Source of the DNA: Vicugna vicugna
Lineage: Eukaryota
Direction of reading: 5' to 3'
DNA length: 64,000 bases
NCBI GenBank assembly: GCA_013265495.1
Contig: MU058423.1
Location: 8,727,627 to 8,791,626 of the forward strand
In this document: positions 36,712-50,053 of the stretch, in pieces
How positions within the stretch are numbered: position 1 is the stretch's first letter
Layout of the letters: each line of letters opens with the position of its first letter
Translations under genes and position numbers: made by a program
Notes under the pieces: model-generated
What the model saw: only the letters and a program-made list of their open reading frames with translations
Told to the model about the DNA's origin: nothing
Database searches by the model: none

Positions 36712-37783
36712 TTGTCCATTTCTAATTCCATTGTCAGCTCTTCCACTCAACTTTTAACAGAGGAGCATGCAGTATTTTGGAAACCAAGCTTTAAATTCCC
36801 TAAAGCTCTTTAGTGTGTTCAAGTTGCTTCTTTTTATAGCAACTATTCTTATTTTGTGAGTTTAAAAGCTTCTCAAATCTTCCTGGAGATAAATGGAATT
36901 TTTTTTAAATTCCTATATCCTGTACTGTTTCCTCAGGATTTAGTTTCTCCATTTTTCCCTCCCATTTTGAAGTCTCTTTCATGTGGCTGGTTTCTCCTCC
37001 ATATCTAAAATCAGTTATTGGTGGCTGCATGCTGTTTTCTCAGCCCAAGCGAGATGGCATTTCCCTTTGCAATGAACAAAGATACTGATCAATGCAATCC
37101 TACATATGAGGGGTGAGCAGGGACATGGGGCCTGGCTGGCTTCTCTTTAGGGCACATGAAGAACTTGCCTTTTTGGTTCAGAGAGTCCTTTTGATAACAC
37201 CTGGGGCACTGCCCTAATTATCTCTCTGGCCCCAACATTTACCTTGGAGCTCCTCAAGGTATGTAATCTATTCCCTCTGAAGTTTTCAGGTTATTACAAG
37301 GAATCATTTTAACTTAAAAACTTGATTCTAAAACTTGCTACAGACCACAGTCAACAGAAGAAAAAAAGAGAAGAAGAAAATATGAGATATTAACAAGGAA
37401 GAGCTTTCAGACTTACCCAGGCAGTTAGAGCTATGGCTTCTTCCCATCAGCCCAAACCTCACAAGTAGGCAAGATAAGAAACAGATGAGGGACATCAACT
37501 GTCCTGATCTCTGATGACGGATGTCTAATCCCCAGACTTGTCCAAAAACGATTTGAGCTGTCTTGGCATTCTCCTCATGGATAACTTTGCACTGCGTAAA
37601 TAGGAGAAGAAGTGAAAGTGTCAGCATGGTTAAAACTGATGATTTCTAAGGTCCAGTCTAGAGGCTGAATCAAGAACATCCTGGGGTTTATCAGAAATAA
37701 CACTGACCTGGGAACCTAGGCATAAAGTCCCAGACTGCCTGGGTCCAGCGGACTTCCTTGTGGCTCAGTTGCCTCGTCTATAA

Positions 37784-37985
37784 CAGGAGTCAGTAAAAAT
37801 TTTCTATAAAGGGCCAGATGGTAAATGCTTTAAGTTCCGCAGAGCCCAATAATTTCTTTGGCATTTTATTCACCTCTCTCTCTCTCTCTTTCTCTTTTTC
37901 ATGCAATGTTCTAAAAATGTAAAAACCATTCTTAGCTCTTGGGCCCTATGAAAACAGGCCACAGGCCATAGGTTGCTTGCTCCTG
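37784..37985. mobile_element. MER58-type hAT element inserted in a MIR (~37700-38100)
   Basis: 'caggagtcagtaaaaatt...tataaagggccagatggtaaat' ... 'aaaatgtaaaaaccattcttagctc...gctcctg'; CAGG/CCTG termini. Confidence 0.8.
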
Positions 37986-38421
37986 ATCTGCAGAGATTGT
38001 AAGAGCGCTACTGAATAGCTTGTTGTGGCTGTTCAAAGAGTCAAACACGTAAAGCACTGGAACACTGTATGGGAGGCGCTCAATGACTGGCCCATGGAAT
38101 GCTCACTGCTGTAATTGTTATCACATCCTTAGCATCCAGCTTAGCACTGGGAACACATCATGGCCTCAATAAATGGTTCTTAAATAAATAAATGGATAAA
38201 GGAAGGGGCTTGGACTCAATCGTATCTACATTCTCTGCAAGCTGTGCACTTCTAAAGCCTTCTTGTCTCATGATGCACATTGCCACCAGGCACTCTGTGT
38301 CTTGACCCAGTGCTTGAGGGAAAGTCTGGTGAGAGTCAGAGGTGAGGCTGAGTAAGGCTGGCAAAAATACTGACTCGCCCCAAAAAATGTTTCTGTCTAT
38401 GAGACTGAAATAAAAACTTGA

Positions 38422-38872
38422 GCAGCGACATGGAGAGACCTAGAGATTATCCCACTAAGTGAAGCAAGTGGAACAGAGAAAAACAATATCATGTGATGTC
38501 ACTCATATGTGGATCTAAAAAAAAATGACACAAATGAACTTATTTACAAGACAAAAACAGACTCACAGACATAGAAAGTAAACTGATGGTTACCAAAGGG
38601 GAAAGGGGGAGAGAGATAAATTAGCAGTTTGGGATTAGCACATACAAACTACTATATATAAAATAGATAAACAACAAGGTCCTACTGTATAGCACAAGGA
38701 ACTATATTCAATTTATTGTAATCAGCCATAATAGAAAATAATCTGAAAAAGAATATATATATGTATGTATATACATTACATATGTGTATATACATATTAC
38801 TGAATCACTATGCTGTACACCGGAAACCAACACAATATTGTAAATCAATTACACTTCAATTTTAAAAAAGAC
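38422..38872 (+). mobile_element. Artiodactyl-type L1 3'UTR with 14-bp TSD
   Basis: Same family as 21225-21605; TSD aaataaaaacttga (38408-38421) / aaataaaaagttga (38873-38886). Confidence 0.9.
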
Positions 38873-39104
38873 AAATAAAAAGTTGAAAGGCTGAAAATCC
38901 TAGAAAAGTACTTTAAAAATCAGAGTATGATTTTGTTACATATATTCACGCAAAGTACATGTTGCTAATTGATTTTAGAAACCCTGTTTTTTCTAGTGAA
39001 GTGAACTACCCCATGGAGACTTTTGACATTATTTCATGAAAAATTTTATGAATTTACAGTAACCTAATTTGTACCCACAAGTGGCAGAAGTTAATTAAAC
39101 ACTG

Positions 39105-39432
39105 GTTAGTGGGGAGAGGGGGGAGTTAGATAAAAGTGGTCAAAAGATACAAATTTCCACGTATAAGGTAAATAAGTACCAGGAATATAATGTGCAACAT
39201 GATGACTATAGTTAACACTGCTGTATGATACATGTGGAAATTGTTGAGCAGATCCTAAGAGTTCTCATCACAAGAAAAAAAATTTGTATCTCTATAAGAA
39301 GATGACTGTTTACTGACTTTATTGTTATAATTTTTTCACAATATATGTAGGTCAAATCATTATGCCATATACCCCAAACTTACTCGCTACTGGATGTCAG
39401 TTGTATCTCAATAAAACTGGAAGGGAAAAAAT
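39105..39432 (+). mobile_element. L1MA-derived 3'UTR fragment
   Basis: 'ggtcaaaagatacaaatttcc', 'aacatgatgactatagttaacactgctgtatg', 'gtcagttgtatctcaataaaactggaagg'. Confidence 0.8.
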
Positions 39433-39725
39433 GAAGGTGCACTTTCCCTTCCTCCATCGAAGGCTGTACCAACAAGTTAAGATGACATAGCTCAATTATC
39501 AAACTATTAAATGTCAGTTAACATCTTTAGAAACTGAATGTAAAATGAACTAACATTGCCTTGTTATAACCCCATTGTGTAGAAAATTAAGTTTCAATGC
39601 TTAATGAATTTATGAAAACACAATTACCAAGTTACTACTCTTGGAGAGGTGATTAATAATCATATTACCGACTTTTTTTTTTAAGAAAAGAAAAAAAAGA
39701 AAGAAAGACTGTCTTTTTTCTAAGC

Positions 39726-39900
39726 CAGTGATTCTCAAAGTGCAGACCTTGAAGGAACAGCAACAGCAGCACCTAGAAATGTGTTAGAAACACAGGTTCT
39801 CCTCCCTTCTCCAGAGCAATCAAATCAGAAATTCCGGGAGTGGGGCCAGCAATGTGTGTGTTAACAAGCCATCCAAGAAGGATCGAGTTTGGAATCACCA
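39726..39900. mobile_element. MER5A (hAT-Charlie) with 8-bp TSD
   Basis: 'cagtgattctcaaagtg...gtggggccagcaatgtgtgtgttaacaagcc'; TSD ttctaagc / ttttaagc. Confidence 0.8.
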
Positions 39901-39938
39901 TTTTAAGCCATCCCTTCCTCAGTCATCCTTTTATTCTC

Positions 39939-40334
39939 ATCATCTTAGTCCATTCAAGCAGCTGTAAAAAAAAAACAAAAAAAAAACCATAGACTGGATG
40001 GCTTAAACAGCAAATTTTTATCTCCCACAGCTCTGGAGTCTGGGAAGCCCAAGATCAAGGTGCCAGCAGATTCAGTGCCTGGTGAGGGCTCACTTCCTAG
40101 TTCGTAGACGGCTGTCTTCTCCCTGTGTCCCCACATGGCTGAAGGGAGCGAGGGAGAGCTGGGGTCTCTTTTACAAGGGCACTGATCCCATTCATGAAGG
40201 CTCCACTCTCATGACCTCATCACCTCCCAAAGGACCCACGTCCAAATACCTTCACGTTGGGGATTCGGTCTCAACGTATGAGTTTGGTGTGTGTGTTGGG
40301 GCTTAGGGTTGGACATAAATGGTTAGTCTTTAAC
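39939..40334 (-). mobile_element. MaLR solo LTR (MLT1A-like)
   Basis: 'cttagtccattcaagcagctgt...ccatagactggatggcttaaacagc', 'ctgggaagcccaagatcaaggtgccagcagattcagtg'. Confidence 0.88.
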
Positions 40335-40339
40335 ATCAC

Positions 40340-40790
40340 CAGGTTCAAGGTTTGGTGTCTCTTCTTCAATTAGCATAACCTCTGTAGAACCAGAACCGGC
40401 TGACTCTCTCACTTCCAACAGGTCTCCAATTAAAGACTCTCTCCATGAGGCCATTCTACTCAAAATCGTAATCATTCTCCTGCGACTCTGGACCTCTGTG
40501 TACCCTTTTCTTCTCTTATTTTCCCCATGACACTTATCACCATCCAACATGAAGTTTATATATGTTTTTGTACCCCCTCACTAGCTTATAACCTCCATGA
40601 GGGCAAACTGTTGTCTACACACAGTGTATATTTGCTGACTAGATGAGCAAACGAATTAATGAAGTGTTACGGGAGTTCAGAGAAAGGGCAGCATACTTCC
40701 TTACAAAGGAATCAAGAAAGGTTTAGGGTGGAGGCAACATGTGAGATGGCCCTCCAAAAATGGGTGGAATTTAAACAATAAGAGGTGGTG
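40340..40790. mobile_element. L2 fragments (+ 3' end, then -)
   Basis: 'ctagcttataacctccatgagggca...gaattaatgaa'; then 'gggagttcagagaaaggg...ggaatcaagaaagg'. Confidence 0.55.
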
Positions 40791-41979
40791 CATGGAGATT
40801 TATCTTTTTTTAAATAAATAAGCTCTTATGATCTAATTATCCTCAGTATGGAGACTACATTGACAATCTTATATACTTGAGATTTATTGAGAGTAAATCC
40901 TCAGCAGATCTATTTAAGCCCACATGGATACTCACATGTGGAGGCTTAACTTTTTACCAAACCTAGGAGGGCTCATTATCCCCAAATGTAGCTAAAACTC
41001 TATCCTATTACAGTATAAAATATATACAAGTTATATCCCTTCAATATTGATAATTGAACTAGATTAATGTTAATTATGAGTCAAGTCAAAAATGGTTTTA
41101 AATTGTTGTTGTGAAAAAGTGACTGAGTGCACAGGGGAGGAAGCAGTGAATGGAGACTTGGCTCTGGCCAGGACCTGGGTGGATGCCCAGGCGTTAGAGG
41201 TGAACGGGACTGGAGTTGTGAAGGCTCTGTCTTGTCTTTCTCGGAGGAGGTGTAGCCAATGATCCTTATGTGATGGAATTAAGGGTATTTGTTCTTCATA
41301 AATTGATAGAAGAGAGATTTTGCTAGGTGACAAGAGCAAAAAGCTTAATGTTAATGATGTGTGTGTACCTAGGTGGGTGAGAGAGAGGGAGAGAGAGAGA
41401 GGGAGCTACGGAAACACGGAAAAGGGAGAGGAGCTGCTTCCAGACAAACCACAGCAAGCTCGACTCCAGGGAATACACAGTAATGAATAAATAATTGTCC
41501 AATGGATGAATTCCCACCAATTTAAAAATACCCCAAAGAGAATCTATCCAAGCACCCACTGATAATTCTTTGATCCTCCTAAAACTCAGCATGGGATTTA
41601 TCTCCCCCAGGAAAACTAAATGGTGCACCAATTTTATCCTATCTGCAGAAAACGTGGCATCCAAAACAGACAAAACAAAGTATCAATGTTAGAAGGAACA
41701 TTTGAATTTGCTTATTTCAATCACTCTCACTCTCCAATAAGACAGTGGGTTTCTGAGATGTGTAAAGTCTGTTCAAGGTCACGGATTCCGTCAGATCCTG
41801 GACAGAACTCAGGGCTTCTGGCTCCATGTCCAGGACTCCACTATATTGTTAGTCCTTTTGAACAACAAAGCAAGCCAAGTAGCCAGTACTTGTTGGCATA
41901 TTATCTAATATTCCTGCAGAACTTGGATTCTGGTTCACACTTGCGTTCCTACTGAAGGTCAAGGTTGGCTTAACAGTGA

Positions 41980-43430
41980 TTCATTTTGTTCATTCAGTAA
42001 ATATTTTGTGAGCACTTACTCTGTGCCGGGCACTGTGTTAGGCACTATGATCCAACAATGAACATACAGTTACGGTCTTGCCTTCACAGAGCTGCTTACA
42101 CGTTGACAGGGGAGGCAGAAAACAACAAGTAAGATTACCAAATATTGTGATAAGTGACATGAAGGAAACACACAAGGAGAGAATAAAAAGAGGACCTACC
42201 TTAAATAGGGTGGCCAGAGAGGTTGCTAAGAAGATGTGTCACTTTAGCTGAGTCTGAAGTAGTGGGAAAAGCCAGGCATTGGAAGAGACTCTAGGCGGAA
42301 GCAACAGCAAATACAAATCCTCTGAGGCAGCAAAGATGGCAGCATGCCTGAGCATCTGAGAGAAGAGCTGGTGTCTGGATCACAGTGAGGGAGGGAGAGA
42401 GGGCGCTGAGATGAGGTTGGAGTGGAAGGCCGGGCCAGGCCACACTGGACGTGCAGGCCCTGGTCTGGAGCTTGAATTTTATATTAAGTACATGGGAAGC
42501 CACTGAAGGATTTTTAAGTAAGTGGCGACATGATTTTATTTACATATTAATAAGAGTTCTACTTCAAAAGTGAACATCTCTATCCTCTTAACTCTATGCG
42601 GTTGGTTCTATTATGCCCATCATTTTACAGCTGAAGCAACTGCAGCACAGAAAACAAATGAATGGCCTAAGTTCACGTAGCTAGTAATGTGGCAGAGCCA
42701 GGATTCAAATATCATTCCTGAGTATTCACTCTAACCGCTACACTTTTGCTTTTATGTTGAATAAGAATTCAGAGAGGTGCGGAAGGGGTCAAGAGTGGAG
42801 GCAGAGCTATCAGTTAGGGAGCTACTGTGGGGGTCTAGGGGAGAGAGAGTGGCGCGTAAATCAGGATGTTGGCAGCGGAGACGGGTAGAAGCTAGTGGAT
42901 TTCACATATATTTTGTTAGTGAAACTGATAGGATTTGATGATGCAGTAGGTTTGGAAAAGAGAGGAATCAAAGATGGCTATTAAATTTCCAGCAGAAGTA
43001 ATGAATCAGGCGTTCAGTGGTCCCGTTCATTTAGGTAAGGAAGACTGGTAAAGAGGTGGAACAGGTTTTAGAGGTCAAGAGGCCAGGGGTTTGAGTTAGC
43101 TGTCTTGAGTTGGACGTGCCGAGTAAATGTTTGGATGAGTCTAGAGCTCAGCAGGCTGGGTCTAAAAATGTATAAGCCACCTGCACGAAGGTGGCTTTTA
43201 AAAGCCATGAGAATGGAGAAGGCAACCCAGAGGCAGAGCGTGGAGAAAGAAAGCAGAGGCTCTGAGACTGGCTCTGAGGAGAGGCTGATTAGAGATGGAC
43301 CCATCAAGGGACTCTGAGATGCTTTGGACAGTGAAATGGGGGAAGAAAAGCCAGGACAGGGAGGGTTTTATTAAAAAGGGAGTCGTTAATACACCAGGTG
43401 TTGCTGAGAAGTCAAATAACAGGGTGAGCT
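41980..43430 (-). mobile_element. L2, interrupted by a MIR at ~42570-42750
   Basis: 'ttcattcagtaaatattttgtgagcacttactctgtgccgggcactgtgttaggc', 'gggaagccactgaaggattt'; MIR core 'cattttacagctgaagcaactg'. Confidence 0.8.
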
Positions 43431-45479
43431 GGGTCACCTAAGCCACTTCATTCCAGGAACTCCAGGAAGCTCCCATCAGTTAAGGCCCTCCCGCCCAGGT
43501 CCTACATGCATGAAAATCTGCATGTATGTCTTCAGTCCTTTTTTTTTTTATTACATTCAAAGTCCCATCAGTGAAATATCAAATCGAGCCATGTCTATCC
43601 CTGAGAGGGAATACGTTTAGGATCATTTGAGGATACAGGAGATTTGATAAAGAAGAGGAGAAGAGAGAGGTGTGCATGAGGGGAGGAGAGGGGACTGTCG
43701 GAATCGGGGAGAGGAAAGCAGAAATGATAGGAGACATCAAACAGCACACATTTGTCTGGGGCCTGCTCACTGCTCTGAGTCACTTCTGTTTCAAAATGGC
43801 ATTCTGGCTGACATTTGATTTGATAAATGATCATAAAATCTCCCTTACATTTCCTCAAGGTATAAGCAAAACGTTCTCTTTATGTATGACACACCATTGA
43901 TAACGGGGTTCTTAACATACTCTCTTTGCAGTCTTTACATCACCACCCCCCCCTCCACCGAGGATGTATTAGGGACGTAACTGAGAACGAAAGTCTTATT
44001 AACATGTAAGCACCACTTGAACACCATTTGACTAATGGAGCTGAGGGGGATGGGAAAGACACACCCGGTGACTTGTATCTTCAAACCAACCCACAGCCCT
44101 CAGGAGTGTGCATTGCCCGAGCGAGGGCTGCCTTCCTAATGGGCGCTGGATGGACTTGGCGTCTCGCCGGCACTCGGCACACGTGAACATGTGCGGTTGT
44201 TCACTGCTCTACGCTCTTAAATCTTCTTCTTTGATCTTTCACAGATCCTGAGGGGAGAATGAAGCTGGAAAACTGGCTCACCTTCCGTGCCAAACGCTTC
44301 CACAGTTAAATGTGTTCCAACCACTTGATAGGGAGTGAAAATGCCATTCGTCCAAGCACTTAATTCTTTTGAAACTCTCCTTTCACAAGTCTCTAGAGGA
44401 ACAAAACAAAGGAAGTCAGCTTCCTCTCCAGACTTGTGGTTAGAAAACAAAGATGTCATATAACAAATGTTTTTTTTAAACAGTAGAAAAGTCTACTCAG
44501 ATGAATGAATAAGTTATGAATGGACTAACAAATTAATGAATAAAAGAAAAAGGCACACTATAAACTGATTCCCTATAGAAAATTCCAGATACTGCTCCAG
44601 GGACTGATTCCTTCCAGACTCCAGATGGGGCATGAGATGGGGACGGATGGGATAGGACTGCAGGAAAAAGCTCCAGGGGGTATAAACAAGGAGACCTTGG
44701 CCCCCGGGTAATGGGGGTGACGGTCTTCTTGACGTTTGTCCTTGTGGAGTCTCTTAGGAAATCACAGCCAACTCCTCTCAAATCCGTTATCTGAGGATGA
44801 AATTCCCCTGACTGCACAAAAATGAGGCAGCTGACGGCCTCCCTAAGGAGGCATTTTTGAAAAGCAAGCATTTCCTTTGTTCAGAGCAACCCCCTTCACA
44901 GAAGGTTAGCGTTCCTGGAGAGGCTCCAAACTGTCCAGAGAGGCTCTCTGTCCCTGGAGTCTAAACAGAGCAACAATATCAAGGAGAAAAGTCAGTGCAA
45001 CACCTTAAAAACAAAACGCACAAACAACAACCAAAGAAACCCTTTGCTTGGAGCCTGAAGGATCACAAAGAGGGAGTGGCCAAGACACAGGAGGACAATC
45101 ATGGGAAGCCTCAGAGCCGCAGAAAGTCAACGGCAGAGCCAGAATTGCGATTTGGCTCTAGGGTGACCGTGCAGGGCAGAAGTGCCCTCATTTTTCTTTT
45201 CTGTTTTTAATTAATCAGTGGCATTTCCTATGCAAGCCGTAGATTGCTCCTAGATTGTGTCAATGGTGTTATACATCCAGCTGTTTGGTGGGTCTCCCTC
45301 ATGGAAATGGTGCCTTGATAAGATTCCACAACCAGAAGAGAGAATACATTGTCCTGTCCACGACTTCCTCCACATTCTTCTTTCTCACCTGCCAGAGAGA
45401 GAACCCTCTACCACCTCTATCAGCTCCACTGTGACAAACGGACGCATTGCCTGGAGTGATCATCTGTCCCTAGTACGTT

Positions 45480-45930
45480 GAAGCAGTGTGGGGTGGAGAA
45501 AAGAGAGAACATATTAAGTAAAACTGGTTTCGTGTCTCAGCTCCACCATGCACTCACTGCGTGCCCTCAGATCTTTCTTAACTTCTCAGAGCCTCAGTTT
45601 CCTAACCCATAAAGTGGATCTGTGAAGATGGACTGCACAGGCTTGTGAAGATGTCATTGATAACAGATACAAGCTCATATCATATCTCTGGTTCCGTTCT
45701 GTTCCAACACTGTGCTGGCTCCAACCAGAAACGACCCTGCTTTTCCTACACACTCTCAGAGTGTTTACTATTTGCCCATTGACAGAATGCCCGTCGTGTC
45801 CTGCTTTATGGCCTCGACTGCACCAGAAGCTCCTTGGGGACCTCGAGTGTGCGGTGCGTGGTTTCATCATATTCTCCAGCTGCTTCATACAAAAAGCACT
45901 CCGTGAACCTTAGTTAAATAAATGAATCTT
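45480..45930 (+). mobile_element. MIR followed by L2 3' end
   Basis: 'cttaacttctcagagcctcagtttcctaacccataaagtgg'; 'ccagaagctccttgggg...gttaaataaatgaat'. Confidence 0.6.
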
Positions 45931-46259
45931 TCTCTTTTACCAGACAGATCAGTAGGTAAACTTTCCTCATGTCATCCTTATTTACAAGTCTTTACGAAGA
46001 GAAAGGATTCAAGAAGTTCGCTAAAACGTATGAGACGGAGAGAAGAAGGCACTAACATTTAGTGGGTGCCTCCCACGTGCTATAGGGTCTTCACTGCAAG
46101 ATCTTGTTTATTTCTCACAAAATTCCTTTGGTCCCAACTTACAAAAAGGAACCGGACTCAGAAATGTAAATAGTGTGCCCAGGATTTCACCAATTATAAT
46201 AGCATTTCAATTATCCTAATTGAAATATTTCTATGCAAAATTAAGTGATTGAGACAGAC

Positions 46260-46396
46260 GGGGAGGGTATAGCTCAGTGGCAGAGCACATGCTTAGCTTG
46301 CACGAGATCCTAGGTTCAATCTCCAGTACCTCCATTAAATAAATAAACCTAATTACCTCCCCCCTTCACACCCCCCTAAAAAAAAAGAAATGATAA
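46260..46396 (+). mobile_element. vic-1-type camelid tRNA-Ala-derived SINE
   Basis: 'ggggagggtatagctcagtggcagagcacatgcttagcttgcacgagatcctaggttcaatctccagtacctcca' (A box, B box, AGC anticodon region), 'taaataaacctaattacctcccc', A-rich tail; TSD aagtgattgagacaga / aaatgattgagaaaga. Confidence 0.9.
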
Positions 46397-49300
46397 AAAT
46401 GATTGAGAAAGAGACTATGGGTTGGGCCCAGATTCCCTGGCGATCATTAGATTTAATAGGCAATCTGTTTTGCCAGACAGTATCCACAAGAGACAACAAT
46501 AAAGAATCTGTTAACATCTTGGGCAATTTATAAAAACTGTCCATAGTTTTCCTTAAAAAAACTGAAAAAGCAACCTCTTGGAACCCACAAGCCCTCTCAG
46601 TTTACTAAAGTTCAAAATCTTATGGTTACCTTTTGCCTCATGCTAATGCACAAGGCCCTTCACCCAGTTGAGAGATCCTTGTCCAGAGAGATGTTATTTT
46701 AAAGGCTGAACTCTGCACGCTCAGCAGGCTTGCCCTAGAGTCAGGAACAGTCTGTCCAACAGAAGTCCCTGGAGCTTCAGTCTCCAAACAAACACCGGGC
46801 TCAAGATCACCTCCCTGACCTCAGAAAAGAGGGTCCAGAGAACCACAGAATTAAAGCAGGCCTACTGTCTTTCTTCAGCACAGGATTTTCTCTCCAAAGT
46901 GCTTGCTTTTCCAATCTCTGATTTACGTTAGGAGAAAAAATCTTATTTAGGTTCTACTAGCCTTCAGCAGTTTTTCCCTCCTCCTAAACTGCCGCGAACA
47001 CTGGTTCAACATGACGTGAGGCAGCGGGGATAGCCGGGTTGGGAAGGGGCAGGGTGAGAATGCAGGGGTGGCGTAGGAGGAGGAACACGGCACCCAGGAG
47101 GAAGCACCGGGGATGATTTTGAAACACAAATCTAGAATCCAGCAACCTGGGAACTGAAGTTTCCTCAGGTTACACAGTCGTGATGTCCAGATGCTTTACA
47201 CGGAGTTCAAGCCCGTGGTCGGTATGGGAGCCATCCAGCTTTTAGAGCACTTGCCTTCCACTCTCTCCCACTCTGGCCTGTGACCTGGACATGTGGTCTG
47301 GTCCCCTGAGCTCCAGGGCCCGGCAATCTTGGCCTGCCTTCATGGGACCACCAGACGTCTCTCTCCCCCTTTCCTCCCTTTTCCCTTTTGGTGACTTTAT
47401 TTGAACCATCCTTATGTTTCTATTCCGTGCCTGGCAGGGGGTCGAGGCAAGGGTGAGAAGAGGGCCCAGGGGCTGGTTCCTGCTTAACTTCACTATTTGA
47501 TTCTACCTGTCAGCCACATAAAAGTTCCCTGCGTTCTTATATTTTCATGGTTCTATATGCATATTTGAATTTCAAACAAACATACGATTTTACAAACACA
47601 ATATTTCACACACTAGTTCCCAGTCCAGAGGAATACTGCCCATAATATCAATTATGTTTCTAGGGGGATAGGTCATATTTCTACAGATCACCTTTGGGTT
47701 TAATCCCGGGACCAAAAGAAAGGTTTTAGGGACCAGAAATTCTCCCACAAGAAAATCCAAAATAGAAAGATGGCCCTAGCTTGGTACACTTGTGGAGGTA
47801 AACCAAGCTGATCAAAGTCCAGCAAAGGCCACTACATTCCCATCTGCATTGCTGAGATGTTTTATAATTGCACAATGGAAGCCGCACAGTAATTAGGTTC
47901 ATAAAGAGTGAACGTTAACTAATGGGTAATAAATCCATAAGAGGATGTTAAGAGAGACTCGGGAACATCCAGATTCATTCAGCTCAATGACCAAGGGCAA
48001 TTTCTGTGAACTCACACAGAACATCCCTTGATGTTACTAGAAAAGACCTCTTTTTATAAAAGAATAGGAGGCTAAAAGGATAAGTGTGGTATTTTTCACA
48101 TGAGATGAGAGGGTCTAAGGAAGAGAGACAAATCCACCTGTTTTCTCAGGAGTGACCAGAGTCATGAGGAAATGTTAGGGCTTCTTTTGAGAACCAGGGA
48201 AGAGGACACATTTTAAAGTACTTTTCTGTTTCTCATTGTAGAAGGTGAATGATATTTTTGACTGATGATTGGTTCCAGCAATTGGAGAGTTGGAGAGTTG
48301 CTCTTGGGAACAACCACAGCTGTAGTTACCTCGACATTCTGACCCAGTCCTCGGGAAGCATGTCCTGGGTTTTAAAAAAGGGGGAGACAGAGTCCAGCTT
48401 CAAAGGAACCCAATAGCTTTGTGACACCTGTGGGGGAAGAACCCTCTCGGACTTTCTGAGAGTGCCTTCATCAACCCCTAGGGTGAGGTGGTTAATTATG
48501 GTGGCCATGGGTGGCAGCCAGGCCAGCTCGCTGGGCACAAACAGTTGCCATATCAGTCAGTTAAGATCATGAGGAAAGAGGCACCACCATCAGCTAACTT
48601 GATCACTTCCACAAACACTCTGTCTTCCTTCAGTAAGAATCTTCTAGGCATACCTTCTCCAGGTGGACAAAGTTCCCATCTGCAGTGAGGTTTTGAAAAC
48701 CATACCCAAATCCGGTGTGTTTTGGTTTCTAAGAAAGTTCCAGAGCTAGTTGGCCACGAGGAGAAGCAAGCTGGGTTCATCTCCAAGTCATCTGCTTTTG
48801 CCCTCCCCTACCTCTGATTCAATATGTTTTAATTAATACATTTTATTTTTTAGAGAAGTTTTAGGTTTGGAGAAAAATTGATCAAAATGTACAATTTCCC
48901 CTATTATTAGCCTCTTACATTAGTGTAGTAAATTTGTTATAATTGGTGAGCCAATATTGATACGTTATTATTAACTAGAGCCCATAGTTTACATCAAGGC
49001 TCACTTGGGGGTTGCACAGTTCAATGGGTTTTGACGAGTGTATAATGACACGTTTCCATCACTATAATATCATATGGAATAATTGCGCTGTTTGAGCTTT
49101 TTACTGTGTCCGTCTTTTCGCCTTTTCCAGAACATCGTGTGGTTGGACTCAACCTATTCAGACTTCCTTCTTTCATTTAGCAATATGCATTTACGTTTCC
49201 TCCATGTCTTTCCATGGCTTGACACCTTATTTCTGTTTAATGCTGGACAATATTCCATTGTATGGTTATAGCACAGTTTATCCATCCACCTACTGAGAGA

Positions 49301-50053
49301 CATCTTAATTGTTTCCGATTTTTGGCAATTATGAATAAAACTGCCATAAAAGCATTCATAGGCAGACATCATTTTCCAGTTCATCTGAGTAAAATACCAA
49401 AGAACATGATTGCTGGATCATATGGTAAGAGTATGCTTAGTTTCGTAAAAAACAAAAAACAAACAAACAAAAAGCACCAAACTGTCTTCCAAAGCGGCTA
49501 GGCCATCTGGTTTTCCTACCTGCAGTGAATCAGAATTCCTATTGCCCCACATCCTTGTCAGTGTTTGGTGTTGTCAAGCGATTTGGATCCGGACCATTTT
49601 AATATGTGTGTTGTGGTATCTCGTTGTTTTAATGTGTAATTTCCTAATGGCATATGATGTTGAGTACCTTTTCATATGCTTACTTGTCATCCGTATATCT
49701 TCTTCCATGAGGTTTCTGTTAGGGTCACTGGCCTAGTTTTTAATCAAACTTTTTAGTTTCTTATTGTTGAGTTTTAAGAGTTGAGTTTAAGAGTTCTTTG
49801 TATATTTTGGATAATAGTCCTTTATCAGATATATAATTTGCAAATATTTTCTTTCATTTGTGACATGTCTTTTTATTCTCCTAACAGCGTCTTTCAGAGA
49901 GCAGAAGTTTTTAATTTTAATGAAGTCCAGGTTATTACTTTTTTTCATGGATTGTGTTTTTTGGTGTTTCGTCTAAATACTCATCACTATACCCAAGGGG
50001 TATAGTTTTATGTTTTGCACTTAGGTCTATGATCCATTTTGAGTTAATTTTTG

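Noticed and set aside
36720..37270. Possible HAL1/L1M5 antisense remnant
   Set aside because: The T-rich composition is suggestive, but I cannot match it confidently without a Dfam search.
46204..46226. 10-bp hairpin atttcaatta-tcc-taattgaaat
   Set aside because: Short and AT-rich; too small for a pre-miRNA and compatible with chance.
46260..46335. Apparent tRNA-Ala(AGC) gene
   Set aside because: Followed by a SINE body and A tail, flanked by a TSD, with stem mismatches; it is a SINE head, not a tRNA gene.
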